From: Eledone cirrhosa
Lineage: Eukaryota
NCBI GenBank assembly: GCA_964016885.1
Contig: OZ024741.1
Location: 327,298,001-327,362,000, forward strand
Direction: 5' to 3'
DNA: 64,000 nucleotides
The translations under genes were made by a program, and so were the position numbers. The notes below the pieces were generated by a model. That model was not told where the DNA came from, ran no database searches, and saw only the letters and a list, made by a program, of their open reading frames with translations. Shown here one piece after another: positions 23,550-37,877 of this stretch; position 1 is the first letter of the stretch, and the number at the start of each line of letters is the position of its first letter.

Positions 23550-25260
23550 GAAATATGTTTACACCCCCATCGATGCGCATGCAAATAACAAAGCGAGAGG
23601 ATTTCTCTCATGCCACAATACTCCACGAACAAATGGCGACCATCAACTACATAGAAATAACCGAGTAAGATGTGATATCCGCCATAGAAGAAACTAGAAC
23701 ACACTCAGCTGCTGGACCTGATGAATTCCCAGCAGTCCTCCTGAAAACATGTGAGCGTCCCTTAGCAAGCAACTGAAGATCCTTTTCAGAAGTTCTTTGG
23801 CTGGCGGTAAACTACCCAGAAAGCTAAAAGAAGGCACAATATGCACTATCCATAAAGGAGGAAGCAGAACGGAGGCCAAAAATTATAGGCTAGTCTACCC
23901 CACGTCACATATCAGTGAGGTGATGGAACAAATCATCAAAATGAAACTGATCACGTTCCTCGAGGAAAATGCCCACCTAACTAACACGTATGACTTTCGT
24001 ACAGAAAGAAGTTGATTTACACAGCTGTTACCACACTATGATTGGGTACTGAAACAACTGCAGGACAACTCACACGTTGACGTGATATATCTTAACTTTG
24101 CGAAGGCATTTGGCAAGGTCGACTATGGAATGTTATATCACAAACTACACAGACTTGGTATAACTGGAAAAGTAGAGGAGGGGCTGCATGATTTCTTAAG
24201 AGATAGAAGCCAGACAGTTGCAGCCAATGGGACGGTCTAAAAGGAAACATCAATAATAAGTGGGTTGCGCGAGGGCACGGTCTTAGGTCCACTACTGTTT
24301 TGGGGGGCTCTCTCAGACATTCCCTCTGTAGTACATACAACATCCCTCACTACCTATGCTGATGACACAAAGGCAATAAAAAACACGGCTGATGCTGCCC
24401 TTTTACAATAAAATCTGAATGGCTTATACAAATGGGCTGAGGAGTACAACATGTAGTTCAATGCTAGAAAACTTCAAGCCCCACAATACCACCCTGCTAA
24501 CACAAAGACAGTACAACACAGCTATGCCAGATCAGGGGGGGGGGGTCGAAATCCCCGTGTCGAAATCGATACGAGACCTGGGGATAGACATGAGCGTCGA
24601 TGCAGCTTTTACTTCACACATCATGAGGGTGGCGACAATGTGCATATGACTCGCTGGATGGATCTTGAGGGCATTCCGGACAAGAGACGGAAATACCATA
24701 TTGATAATATGGAGGACATTTGTCTTACGCCGACTGGACTACTGCTCCCAACTGTAGTCACCCATAGTATCAAACTAACCACAGACCTTGAAGCAATCCA
24801 ACGAAGCTACACTAAGAGGATTGGAACGATGAAGGAGATAAGCTCCTGGGAGAGGCTAAAAGAACTGAACCTCTACTCCTTGGAACGAAGACGGGAGAGA
24901 TACGTGTTATAAACATATGGAAAATCCTGGAGGGACTAGCATCAATCTTTGGCATTGTGAGCTGGACCAAGACTAGCACCAAACTTTGGCATTGAGAGTT
25001 GGACCAAACCCCGAACAGGACGATCTGTATGGTACCAAAGGTCCCATTTTTCACATCTAGAATAATGAGCAGATATTGCAATAGCTGGGGTTGAAAGGCC
25101 CTCACCTCTTCAAAGAGCTGCCAAGAAATGTGTCAGATCTGCATGGTGTGGACGTGGATGTTTTCAAGAATCATCTGGACACCCTGCTATCCAGGGTCCC
25201 GGATGAGCCCACGGCACGGTACGAAGGTAACCTAAGGGCAGAGAAACGAACCCCCTCATA
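23550..25260 (+). mobile_element. CR1/L2-like LINE 3' fragment, decayed RT
   Basis: GPDEFPAVLLKTC, IHKGGSR..NYR, YADDTK, LEAIQRSYTK, ERLKELNLYSLERRRERY; many stops and frameshifts. Confidence 0.87.
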
Positions 25261-25363
25261 CACCAATGGGCAGCCAACGAAGGCTGTAGATAGAACGTGT
25301 AGCAACAAGGCTGTATCGTAGCATGGCCTCAGCCGGATGGTAAAAGATTGATAGAGTAAAAGA

Positions 25364-25399
<36 letters not shown>

Positions 25400-25468
25400 A
25401 ATGTGCAAATTCATATATGCACACATACAAACACACATACACACTCACACATGCACACGCACACGCAC

Positions 25469-25505
<37 letters not shown>

Positions 25506-26679
25506 CGTGTGCGTGTGTGTGTGTTTACGTGTGTTTGTGTATGGATATATTCGAATATTCCGAGGCTCGTGATCACAAATGTGTTCAACATATATTTATC
25601 TGTGTGGATTTATGGGAAATGCCTACATAATCAATAGCAAACAGATTTAGAATAGGTCGTACATTGCACAAATGAAAAAATGAAAAAAAACCTGTGTAAA
25701 ACAACTAGCTATGCCATACAGCTCTGATTATATTCAGATATCCAACAACACCTCCACAATTATGTTCAAAATGAATAAATGTGGGTGTAAGTATACAGCA
25801 ATTTACCAAAAGAATACAACTTTGGATTTTCTGAAATTCAATCAGAGCAAACTTTTATAATTCCTTCTCTGTCTCAGCAAGCAAGTCTACGGCTAGGCGC
25901 GAACTAATCTTTCAGAGATTAATGTTCTCTGTAGTTTGTATCATCACCGCATAGAGTTATTTCTATATACGTGGAGGCTACTCGATGTCGGTTGTAAAAC
26001 GTTGTAAATCGCAGCTCATGGATATTGAAATAGGAAACAATACTGTCGGTGTCGAATAAAAATGACCTAGTTTTACTATGAAAGGAAGAGCCTGTTTGTG
26101 AAAGTAACTTGCAAACACCTGAGCATTCTATAGGTGCAAGTACTCTTAATATGTTTCTCGTGAAGTTCCAATGTGACACTGTATAAAACGTCTGGCCATT
26201 TTAATCAAAGGTATACTTTATCCAGTGAAATTTAAACACTATTTACCTATTCTATGTTACTTCAGAAGCTTGTAAATGATATTTTCCCCAGATATCCCGC
26301 AGTTGGAGCAACGCCGGACAAAAGATTGTGGGGAAAAATTAGTTAGCTTCCAGTCATGTTTCCAGCACTCTTATTTTTAGAAGAAACGAAAATATTTTTG
26401 TCGAATTTCATAAATCTGTTACAAAATAGATTTATATTTGTGGAAATTCAATGACAAATTTGTGCTACTGTAATTAGTCGAGATAGTTTAATTAATAAAC
26501 AAATTACAACTGCTGAGAACAGAGAGAGAGAGCGGAGGAATAAACATCATTAGTGTAAATAGATGGCAACATTGCCAACAGCATACGACTGTCATCACCA
26601 ACTTTACAACAATATCAACACATTAAACACCAACGGCTATGTATTATCACCGGTATGCCGAACAACAAACTCTGTTCGT

Positions 26680-27180
26680 AAAATGGCCTTCTCACTCCTG
26701 TTGGAGTAACCCATCCCTGGTTGATCTCCACCGTGTGCTATCACTGGCTCTATTGGGTCATATTGGGTCATATGGGGCCGAAGTATCGGGTCAGATAATC
26801 ATGACATCTAGCCTTTAGTCGCCCTCTAGTTCTTCTCCACTGTATTGGTGTCCACTCAATGGTTCGTGCAGACCAGGTGTTGTCACTGTAACGTGAGTCA
26901 TGGCCAGTCCATATATGTTTACCTTTCTAAGCGATCTCGATTTTTTCATTCACTCCCGTCTGCTGTCGAATCCAGATGTTGCTCTTCCTATCACATCTGT
27001 ACATCTTCCTGTCACGTCTGCACCATCCTAACAGCCTATAACCAACAAGAATTTGAGGTGATGCTCAATACTGCCCACACGATGCGCCAATCAGTAAATC
27101 TTAACATCCATCTTGGTAAATCCAAGGATATTATTATCAGCGACGCCAATTATTGTACAACACTGATTAACAGAGGAAAA
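26680..27180 (-). mobile_element. RTE-like LINE 3' remnant
   Basis: Minus strand reads WTGHDSRYSDNTWSARTIEWTPIQWRRTRGR, matching the RTE C-terminal W.GH..R..D..W....EW.P...R.RGR pattern. Confidence 0.65.
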
Positions 27181-27418
27181 ATCCCGTTATTCAACTTAAC
27201 GCTTAAGTAAAACCATTCTACATGCTTCCGTAGGGATCGAGGTTTGGTTGGGGATTTTTTTGTTGTTGTTTATTTGTTTCTTTGAAAATTTAGTTTGTGG
27301 ACTAAATATTTTGAAGAATGTTGTTGCTATGCAACAGTATTCGTGCTGTCTATAAAATATGTCTCAGAAAGTATAACGTTTGGGTTGGTAAGTGGTGTAT
27401 GTATGTGTATATATATAT

Positions 27419-27822
<404 letters not shown>

Positions 27823-27881
27823 TTGTGTGTGTGTGATAAATGACGGGGTTAATGTGTCATGCTAGTCACGAACTACACATA

Positions 27882-27882
27882 C

Positions 27883-27938
<56 letters not shown>
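27882..27938. repeat. (TAG)n microsatellite
   Basis: Direct reading of the sequence. Confidence 0.95.
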
Positions 27939-28659
27939 ATTGTTGTTCTTGTTATAGTAAAATGGGCAGGTTTGTAAACCTTCTTCACAATGTATACACG
28001 AAGTAGTGTCCACTATATCGCCGTATTTTTTTGTTGTTTTTATTCTTCGTTTTTCGAATACTTTATAAGTTCATTTTATTTCTAAATTCATTCTTTCCTT
28101 TTGCGTTATCGATCTTCAATTCAATTTGGAAGTTAGATTGAATGCAATGTTATTATACATGGACTATTTTAATATATGTTGGTAAAGCTCATAACGGAAC
28201 ACTCGACCAATAAAATGTCTATCTGTCTTTTCTTGTCTATATTTTGACAAGTGTGAACGTTTACTTGTGTTGTTTTTAGCCATGCTTTATTTATTCACAC
28301 AAATATAAATCTATGGCGGCGGCCATTGCTGATTTTCTGTTTTTTGTGAGCATTTGTCTACTTGTGGTTTTACAGTGTATTGTGAATGTTTTGTTAGTCT
28401 AAAAGCGAAGATTGTTTCATTACTTTTTCTTTTTTTTCCGGAGGAAAATTTAACAAGGACAATTCTTTCTCTGGGTATTGAATAACGAATATTTAGGAGT
28501 TGCGATATTGCGTACTGACTCAAAGTTTTAGACGTTTAAAAGTTTGAAATTAGTATATCCCAATTATATTCTTGTTTCTTCTGCCTGATACATACGAAAA
28601 AAAGAAAGAAAGGAAAACAAATACGTCTATCACTACAAATGTTATATGTGCATATGTTG

Positions 28660-28830
28660 GCGCTGGCTTGGTAAAGGGTTAAAGAGGTTCGCTCCAAAAT
28701 CATGAGTTCGTGGTTTGATGTTATTGCGTGGCATCTTGGCCAATTATCTTTACCATAGTCATGGAGGGAGCCATATATTGTGAGTAAAATCTGGTAGATG
28801 GGAACAGTTTCGAAAACACTTCAGTGGATT
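28660..28830 (+). mobile_element. Degenerate tRNA-derived SINE (family 3)
   Basis: tRNA-like head then catcttggccaattatctttaccatag...tgtgagtaaaatctggtagatggga; related decayed copy at ~52820-52935. Confidence 0.5.
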
Positions 28831-29859
28831 GTCCCTGTAATTCAAAATGTTCAACTTTGTAACATTGTGTTCTCATATTGTGTCAATCAGATTAGGGAAC
28901 ACGTGTCTAGGAAATACTCAGCAACATACTGGGTAACTCGTGAGTCGGATGCTCAGTTAATCAAACCAGTGAATGTTCATCGAGGAAACCAATAGAAGAT
29001 CACTATATGCAACCCATCCCACACACACACACATACACACACATACACACAACACACACTACACTCAGACGCATACACACAACACTTCGTACACACACGC
29101 ACGCACTCTTACATACACATATACACAACACTTCACACACATATCCATATACACATATACACAGACACAGACATATAAGTTAAAAAAACATGCATACTTA
29201 CATATATACATATTTGCACATATATTTATACATTGAATAGTCATAAATCCTATGTGTTTTAAATATTGAACCGCCATTATACAGTTTTAATTACCTGTCA
29301 TACAAACCAATAGAACTTACTTGTACACCAAGTAGATGGATACGACGTAATTGTATTTATAATGAGATACCAATAAAGAGTATTATATTTAAAAACGTTT
29401 GTGCAGGTTTAATTAGTGAAATTATACGAGATTTAGGTTTTATTAGATGAGGCATATATAGACGTCAACTCCAAATCATAGAACAAAAGTGAAGTTATAG
29501 CGACAGCAATCACGTGATACTGTCTTTAATCCCAATGCGTATCACCCTAATAGGCAATGACTGTGGTGAGCCTGTTCTACAGAGAATCAGTATAACAGTT
29601 TTTGTCTGCGTTTGAGAATTTTTTTAATTTTCTCGGAATTTCAATCACTATATATATATATATATATATGTAGATAAATCTACCAAAAGTTTACGGTAGT
29701 GTCCAATCCGTATGAAGAACTCAATGTAATCCGGATATCATGAAAAGAGAAGATGCATTCAAAAACTACTTTCGGTGAAAAATAAACGGAAAACAGAGTC
29801 AAGATAAATTAATAAAATAATGAATAAACAAAGAAACAGTTTCTTATATTAAAAAAAAT

Positions 29860-30001
29860 TCATCATTTTACGATCGTTTCTAGGATATATATGTGTTAGA
29901 GTTGGTATGCATATTCTATAGATCTATGTACAATATTTATACAAACTATCAGAGGGAATATACATACCTACACATATACATGCTGTCTTCAGAAATAATA
30001 A
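29860..30001 (-). ncRNA. Hammerhead ribozyme with ~105-nt stem II
   Basis: Minus strand: ttattattt-CTGAAGA-...-GAAACGATCGTA-aaatgatga; palindromic ACGATCGT, GUA site. Confidence 0.78.
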
Positions 30002-30194
30002 TATTTGTTTATTGAAAAAAACAAAGATTCAATACAATAGGTCTGTTTGGGAACAGGTTTTGAATGGACCAATCAAGATAGTAATATAGTAATCAAGATA
30101 GTAAAATAGATCAACGGTTTAATTCTCCTACTCAACAACCAAAAACATAAAACAAAATATAAGTGCCTATAATGCATATAAATGTAAAAAAACC

Positions 30195-30668
30195 ATGAGT
30201 ATACCACCAGTACATCAAACTAACCCTAATATCTCCTCAGATACAGGATTCACGAAAAGTTGTAACTGTAGAAACAAGGCAAACTGTCCGTTAAAAGGAA
30301 ATTGCCTTGTTAATAACATAGTATATAAATGTAAAGTTAACACTAAGGACTCAATTTATTCATATATAGGAGCTACCTCTAACAATTTTAAGGTAAGATT
30401 TAATACCCACAAACATAGTTTTAAAAATGCCGCACTAGCTAATACAACATCTCTAGCTGAAATAATTAATAGTTATAGAAAGAGGAATATAGAATATGAC
30501 CTGACCTGGAGTGTGCTCAAAAGGGCCACCCCTTATCAAAATAGTAGAAATGAATGTAGATTATGTTCCCAAGAACTTTTCGAAATGATGAAATCTAAGG
30601 ACATCCTATTAAATAAGCGACAGGAATTAATAATATCGTGTAATCATAAACTGAGAAAAAACCTTTAA
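30195..30668 (+). pseudogene. GIY-YIG endonuclease domain of Penelope polyprotein (truncated fragment)
   Basis: CNCRNKANCPLKGNC, IVYKC..YIGAT..FKVRFNTHK.SF, CRLC..E, LLNKRQE...C.H; upstream degenerate FS-YS linker shows it is the tail of a longer ORF. Confidence 0.9.
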
Positions 30669-30892
30669 ATATTATAAACCTAATTAATATACAGTTTAGA
30701 AATTAATATATAAATTACTTTTAATTTAGTTAACCTATAATTAATATTCTACTACTGATGAACTACATAATTCTGCTTTAAATATTATAAACCTAATTAA
30801 TATACACTTTAGAAATTAATATATAAACTATTTTTAATTTAGTTAACCTATAATTAATATTCTACTACTGATGAACTACATAATTTTGCTTT
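30665..30892. repeat. 113-bp tandem duplication in PLE 3' UTR
   Basis: Two near-identical copies offset by 113 bp. Confidence 0.85.
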
Positions 30893-31103
30893 CCTTCTTA
30901 CAAATACCATTTCCTAAAACTTATACCATTAAGTAAACATATATAATGCTTTAACTTCAGGTTATGACTCTATGTTCCTTGAAAACTATATATATTTACT
31001 ATTTCTCACTAATTAATTTAATTCCCCCCCCCCCAATAATTATATGTATATATAAGTGTGTATGTGTGTGTATATATATATGTGTATGTATGTATATATG
31101 CAT

Positions 31104-31168
<65 letters not shown>

Positions 31169-31914
31169 CATGTGTGTGTGTGTATGTGTATATATATGTA
31201 TATATATATAAGTGTATATATATATATATATATATATGTGTGTAAGTGTATATATATATATATATATATATATAAGTATATATATATATATTATTTTTAT
31301 ATTCTTTTAATTTCCCCTCAACTTTAACAGCACTTTTCAACTGCATCTAACTCTTATTTATCATATCTATATGTATTAGTATAATTTTATCAATATAAAT
31401 ATACCCATCAATTAAATTAATTTTATATTCTTTTCATAGATGTATTTTTTTCACTAACATTCTTATCTTAAAACTTTGGTCACCTTAGATATTTGTATTG
31501 GCATTACTATTTTATAACAGCAACTGCTTGTATACCTTTTACTGACCACCTGACCTATTTTCACCACTAAAATAAGCTTCAATTTACCATTTGGCCAATT
31601 ATTAACTTTCTATTGGTTAATTCTAAACCTCTTACCAAACAGACAGAATATATTAGATCTTTGTTGGTTTTATTCAATGAACAAATAAAATTATTTCTGA
31701 GGTCAGCATAAGACCTATTTCCTCCCTAAAATAATCCTTCATTCATAATATTCTTTTCCATCCAAAACCGAAATCTACCTTCCTCTACCCATAATTTAAG
31801 GTTCTTCTACTATATTACTATCTTGACCCTCACTATCTCCTGATTGGTCAATTCAAAACCTGTTCCCAAACAGACCTATTGTATTAAATCTTTGTTTTTT
31901 TCAACAAACAAATA

Positions 31915-32056
31915 TCATTATTTCTGAAGACAGCATATATATGTGTAGGTATGTATATTCCCTCTGATAGTTTGTATAAATATTGTACATAGATCTATAG
32001 AATATGCATACCAACTCTAACACATATATATCCTAGAAACGATCGCAAAATGATGA
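31915..32056 (+). ncRNA. Hammerhead ribozyme in 3' pLTR, cleavage triplet mutated (GCA)
   Basis: tcattattt-CTGAAGA-...-GAAACGATCGCA-aaatgatga; mirror of 29860-30001. Confidence 0.68.
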
Positions 32057-32138
32057 ATTTTTTAATATAAGGAACTGTTTCTTTGTTTATTCATTATTTT
32101 ATTAATTTATATATATATATACATATATATATACATAC

Positions 32139-32185
<47 letters not shown>

Positions 32186-32209
32186 AATATATATATATAC
32201 ACACAAATA

Positions 32210-32252
<43 letters not shown>

Positions 32253-33371
32253 TCTAATTGATTTTCTCTTAAATTTTCTCTTATATTATTTCGTAGTATG
32301 TTGTGTTTAGTTCTGTTTCCATTAACATTTCTCTGTATTTCATGTAAATTTTGTTGACGGAGAAATTGGGGTCATTTTATTATTAACCATCATTTTATCT
32401 CATCGATCCGAATTGTCACAGGCAAATTAACATATCAAGACGTAGAAAATACAATGTCTTATTCTATGAGAATAAAAGAATAAAACCTCCTTCATAATTT
32501 ATTCTTCAGCTCTGATTGAATTTACATTTTATACATATTTATGGAAAATTTTATCAGGTCTTTTTCTTTTTCTTTCATTTGTATAAGTTCATTATTGTTT
32601 CCATTAAGATGTATCATGTTATTCTAATTTCTATGTTTTTATTTGTCTTCTGTTGTCCTTATTTTTCATGAATTTTCTCTCGAATTGGATATTATAGTAT
32701 GTGTAAATCTGTGGCAGTAGCCATTACCCTTTGTACCAGCAATGCCGGTTCATTATTTTATTTAGTATATGCTGGTTAAACTGTTATTTAAACGCCTTTC
32801 TTGTCACTTTTCTACGGTTACCATATTTGCATATTTTATTGTTGCTGCTATTTTATCATTAATTTTCTTTTTAAACCACAATAAAACATTTTCCTGGTCA
32901 ATATGAAGATATCCTTTCAATTTCTGCATCTTTTAACTATAACTATTTCTAGCTTCAGTGTATTTTCTGTATTCAAACTTTCCATTTTCAGAATTTTGTT
33001 TCTTTTTTCATGAATATTGCTATTTCTTTTGTTCTAATTCAGCGTTTGTTCGTTAATATTCTATAGATAAGCCCATCTTTGATTTTTGTGAGCTTGTTTT
33101 ATATTTTGTTTTGTATTTGCTACGGTGATCCTCCTATCTTACGTTCTTAATACTTTAAGCGTTATTTGAATTACCCTTTCCGTTTGCATTTTAATTGTAT
33201 TCCCGTTATGAATTGACCTTTCTTGTAAGTGGTCTATTCCTGTTGGAGATACCTTTTCTTCTATTCATAGGTCGTATCTTCATGAAATAACAAGTCCGTT
33301 TGGATCCAAAGTTAATTTCAGATAACAGTTATTTTCTCTCCAAGTATTTTGTGCGTATGCTGTATTATGTT

Positions 33372-33450
<79 letters not shown>

Positions 33451-33457
<7 letters not shown>

Positions 33458-34641
33458 ATACAATAACAGAGATAGTTTAAAGCTAAACTCTGACTGGTAT
33501 CCATCTCACTCAACAAACATTAGATTATATTTAAATATAAACCCAATTTAAGTGTTTGGGGTGCTAACAATATGTATAATGTGGAAAAACCAGTTGTATT
33601 ATTTTATGAGATATAATTAAAGTTAAAATACATCTCTCTTTCCAAACAATTGTTTCATTATAAGTTTTCTACAACTTGGGAGAATATTTCCAGTTTATGT
33701 AGAAGCCTAATATATATTCATATAAGAATATATTTAGGTGGGCGCTTATAAATCATCAGTGGAAGCCCATTAAACTTTGATATAAGAAAGAAATTCTTAC
33801 CGCAGTCAAAAATCGTGTCTGTTAAGTTGATCCTTCTCGCATCAAATGACCGCCAAATTTAAAATTCCAGCAGTTCTTGACTGAGGAAGTATCATAGCGA
33901 CACGAAGCGGGAAGGGGAGACAACTACGATCCACGAAAGGAGGAAAAAAATAATAATATACACGCTTGGTTAATTAGTTTTTTCGAAAACATTATCAATC
34001 CAACGTGTTAAGAACTCAATTGAAAAAAAAAATATATATATATATGCGTGTATAAATTACACACGCATATACATATTTTCTTAGGCTAAAATCAGAAGTT
34101 GTACCCGAATAAGAACCGCATCTCATAACCGCAGTAAATACAGAAAGTCATGCTTTAAAGGGCAAGTGGGAATGTAAATCTCCGGCCGAATTAAGAGTAA
34201 AATATAAAACATACGCGGGTTAATTAGTCATTTCAAAACTAATATCAATTCCTCGTGTAAAGAACTCAATTAATTAAAGAAAATAAATGTATGCATGTAA
34301 TTATATACATAGGCATATATATATTTTCTTCGGCTGAAAAACAGAGAAGTTACAACCCAAAAAAAACACAACATTTCACAACAGTAATAAATACGGAAAG
34401 TCAAATTCATAAGGTACCTGGAAATAAACACCTCTGGCCAATCAAGAGTAAATATTTAATACAATAACAGAGATAGTTTAAAGCTAAACTCTGACTGGTA
34501 TCCATCTCACTCAACAAACATTAGGTTATATTTAAATATAAACCCAATTTAAGTGTTTGGGGTGCTAACAATATGTATAATGTGGAAAAACCAGTTGTAT
34601 TATTTTATGAGATATAATTAAAGTTAAAATACATCTCTCTT
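33451..34641 (-). mobile_element. Non-coding terminally redundant HHR retroelement (~1001-nt monomer)
   Basis: 190-bp direct repeats (33451-33640 / 34452-34641, one visible mismatch), no ORF, HHR cleaving 4 nt from the repeat edge, (TA)n flanks. Confidence 0.85.
33640..33764 (-). ncRNA. Type I hammerhead ribozyme
   Basis: Minus strand: ttcca-CTGATGA-t ttataag...cttataa t-GAAACAATTGTT-tggaa; palindromic ACAATTGT, GUU site. Confidence 0.85.
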
Positions 34642-36501
34642 ATATATATATATAGGAGGGGGGGCGTGTGTGTGTATGTGTGTGTGTATGTGTGTGTGTA
34701 GATACAGAATATATTTTCACTGAGGCTTTATTGTATAACAAGCATGTAATATAGCAATCTATTCCTCCCACGCACATTTAAGCATTGTTTGGCCAGATAA
34801 TGCCTGCTTTTGTGGTTTTTCAGAACATTAAACCGTACGATATCAGTATTATTTTGGTAGCATTTGCTATAATTTCAATCTTTAGCTGTTTGAAATCATA
34901 CCAAATTATTTCGTGAGAATTCTATCGACCTGCTACTGTTTAACAAGGGAAGTTATGTTCGTTTGTGTTGAAGAAACCCTATAAAGTATGCTATTTACTC
35001 TATACTCTGTATTGTGGAACGTCCTGGTGTTTTGGCTATGCCACTTGATTTTTACAATTTCCGTGGCAGTTATTATTAAATTCCGTCAGTATTATTAGTG
35101 AAAATGTTTGTATTCAGTCACATCACGACGGTTTATCAGAGCTTCGGGACCCTTTAGATAGGGTGTAGATAAAAACAAAAATCATCCCACTGACCCAACA
35201 AAACCCGCCATCATAAAATACATTATTCAGAAGAAATGACAGAGAATATAAAAATGTTTAATTAACGGTTGGAAATATAACTCAGCACTTTCACCCCCTA
35301 ATAAAAAGATACTTCCCATATAAACGTTATTACTACAATATCATCAACTTACGCATGCTTAAGGATACTTATTCCGGTTTAGATAGCAACGCTTCAATTA
35401 TCCTACGTTATAACAGAAAGAAAAACCACGCAGCCACACATTTTACGACACACACACACACCAAAGACGAAACTGCCAATGCGGTACCCTATCAACTGTC
35501 CTCTATATGAATCATGCCTGTCAGCGACTGCGATCTTGAGAGCCATATTTATGCATCCATTTCTTTAGAGGTCAAACAGCCAATGATTTCATGGGTAGAC
35601 TTATTCAGTGTGTAAAATCCTTTCGGTGCAGAAACACGTGACCAAGAGCATAATATATTCAGTATTACATTGAACATTCAAGTACATCACATCCTACACG
35701 CCAAGGGGCCGCAGCTATCAAGTCTGCCTTTTCAAGGGGTATTGCAACAGCATGCGATACACATCAGCATGGAAACTAACATAAAGTTTTGCTGGCCTTG
35801 GAGGTGTGCCCTGCTATGAAAATTCAAAATACAGGCATCAGACATTCCCAGAAAGACGACATCAGTTCCACCGGCTTACATAAATATATGAGGAAAACAG
35901 TAGCTGCCAAACGCGATGACGTCACTAGGTCACCTATAGACCTGAACTAGATGTGACTAGATATTATCGAGATAAACGACGCAAACATTTGAATGCTCAC
36001 CCATTCATCAGCTCTTACATATTTATCAACAGCAGCACGTATCTTCAAACAACAAATACAGGCTTTTAAAAGTATGACTCCAAACTCTATTTTTTTTACT
36101 TTCTCTCCAATTAATTTGGTGACGTTAACGCGTTTAAATCATGAAACCCCTGGTAATTCTGAGTTAAGAGAAATTGTTAATATAGATATTCAACCTTCCA
36201 CATTATGTTTACTGCTCTTTTCTTTAGTTTTTTCCCACAACTATCAACAGAATTACACCAACATACACACGCACACGCGCACACACACACATACACACAC
36301 CCACACACGCACGCACACACGCACTCTCACACACACATATATACATATATAACGTTGAAAGAGATAGAAGGCTAAACAATGCAAAATGTACTGTAAGATG
36401 AGGTAACGAAAAGTAAAAGATACTTGGTAATCTTTGCTTTGTTTTGTTGTTGTCGTTCTTCTTCTGCTTCTTTTATCTGTCCGATATTTCAGGACCTACA
36501 G

Positions 36502-36565
<64 letters not shown>

Positions 36566-36762
36566 CTACCCGGTGACTAGTACACAAATCTGATCGCTCT
36601 TCCACCGTGTAAAATTTAGGAAGATAATCGTAGTTGGACCTTGAAACGTTAGGTAGCGCTTTCTGTCCCATCGTGTATTAACGTAGATAAATAACATAAT
36701 ATAAAGTAATATAATATATAAACATGCCAAAAGGGAATTTAATATATATATCTATGTATTAT

Positions 36763-36859
<97 letters not shown>

Positions 36860-37224
36860 AAGAATTCATATCTAGTAACAATATATACATACAGATGCAT
36901 ATCAATGCTAGTAAATATATAGGTTTTGTCTTAATAACAGTGTGGTTCGATGCATGGGGTTGCAGAACAATAATATAAGAGACGTAAAATAAGAAAATTA
37001 TAAAATTAACTTACTTACTAAAATATCACTTCCAACTAAATAGTTTCTGGAATGGAGTAAATATATTTTCCGAAGATTCTTTTTGAATTTGCCACAGACG
37101 TAGAGGCAGTGATTTTCTCAATGGCTTGGAATTCAGTCCACGCTTCGCTATTTCCTATCCACTGAATTATTTTTTAATAAGTTTCCAGTGTCCTCGCTTT
37201 GCCTGGAAACTTACATGAGAATAG

Positions 37225-37306
37225 ATTTTCCTGACGACGGAATGCTTCTCAATATTATTCTTCGGAAAATATATTTACTCCATTCCAGAAACTATTAATT
37301 GGAAGT
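37225..37306 (+). ncRNA. Hammerhead ribozyme, stem III mutated
   Basis: attttc-CTGACGA-c ggaatg...cattcc a-GAAACtattaatt-ggaagt. Confidence 0.65.
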
Positions 37307-37746
37307 GATATTTTAGTAAGTAAGTTAATTTTATAATTTTCTTATTTTACGTCTCTTATATTATTGTTCTGCAACCCCATGCATCGAACCACACTGTTAT
37401 TAAGACAAAACCTATATATTTACTAGCATTGATATGCATCTGTATGTATATATATGTTACTAGATATGAATTCTTTATTATTATCTCCAAATTATTTGTC
37501 GAGCAGTATTGGCCATGACTGCTGCTACGGTTGTAGGCAGGCCGCTGTCTTATTAGCAAACCACTTTCCACTGATTGACCTCGATGTCACGTGTTCGATT
37601 CTTTTTGAATTTGCCTCAGACGTAGAGGCAGTGATTTTCTCAATGGCTTGGAATTCAGTCTACGCTTCGCTATTTCCTACCCACTGAATTATCTTTTAAT
37701 AAGTTTCCAGTGTCCTCGCTTTGCTTGGAAACTTACATGAGAATAG

Positions 37747-37829
37747 ACTTTCCTGACGACGGAATGCTTCTCAATATTATTCTTCGGAAAATGTATTTAC
37801 TCCATTCCAGAAACTATTTAGTTGGAAGT
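37747..37829 (+). ncRNA. Type I hammerhead ribozyme
   Basis: actttc-CTGACGA-c ggaatg...cattcc a-GAAACtatttaGTT-ggaagt; 522 bp downstream of the previous copy. Confidence 0.82.
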
Positions 37830-37877
37830 GATATTTTAGTAAGTAAGTTAATTTTATAATTTTCTTATTTTACGTCT

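Larger units (their letters stand above)
29803..32110 (+). mobile_element. 5'-truncated Penelope-like element with inverted HHR-containing pLTRs
   Basis: ~280-bp inverted repeats (29803-30083 / 31832-32110) enclose a GIY-YIG ORF and a long 3' UTR containing a microsatellite; flanked by TA tracts. Confidence 0.88.

Noticed and set aside
30195-30668. Stand-alone GIY-YIG nuclease gene
   Set aside because: Preceded by decayed PLE linker sequence and enclosed by pLTRs; it is a truncated polyprotein tail.
30755-30890. Two CTGATGA motifs in the 113-bp duplication
   Set aside because: No downstream GAAA with compatible helices.
36565-36656. ctacc-CGGTGA...GAAACGTTA-ggtag as an HHR
   Set aside because: Core needs two changes and stem II does not close convincingly.
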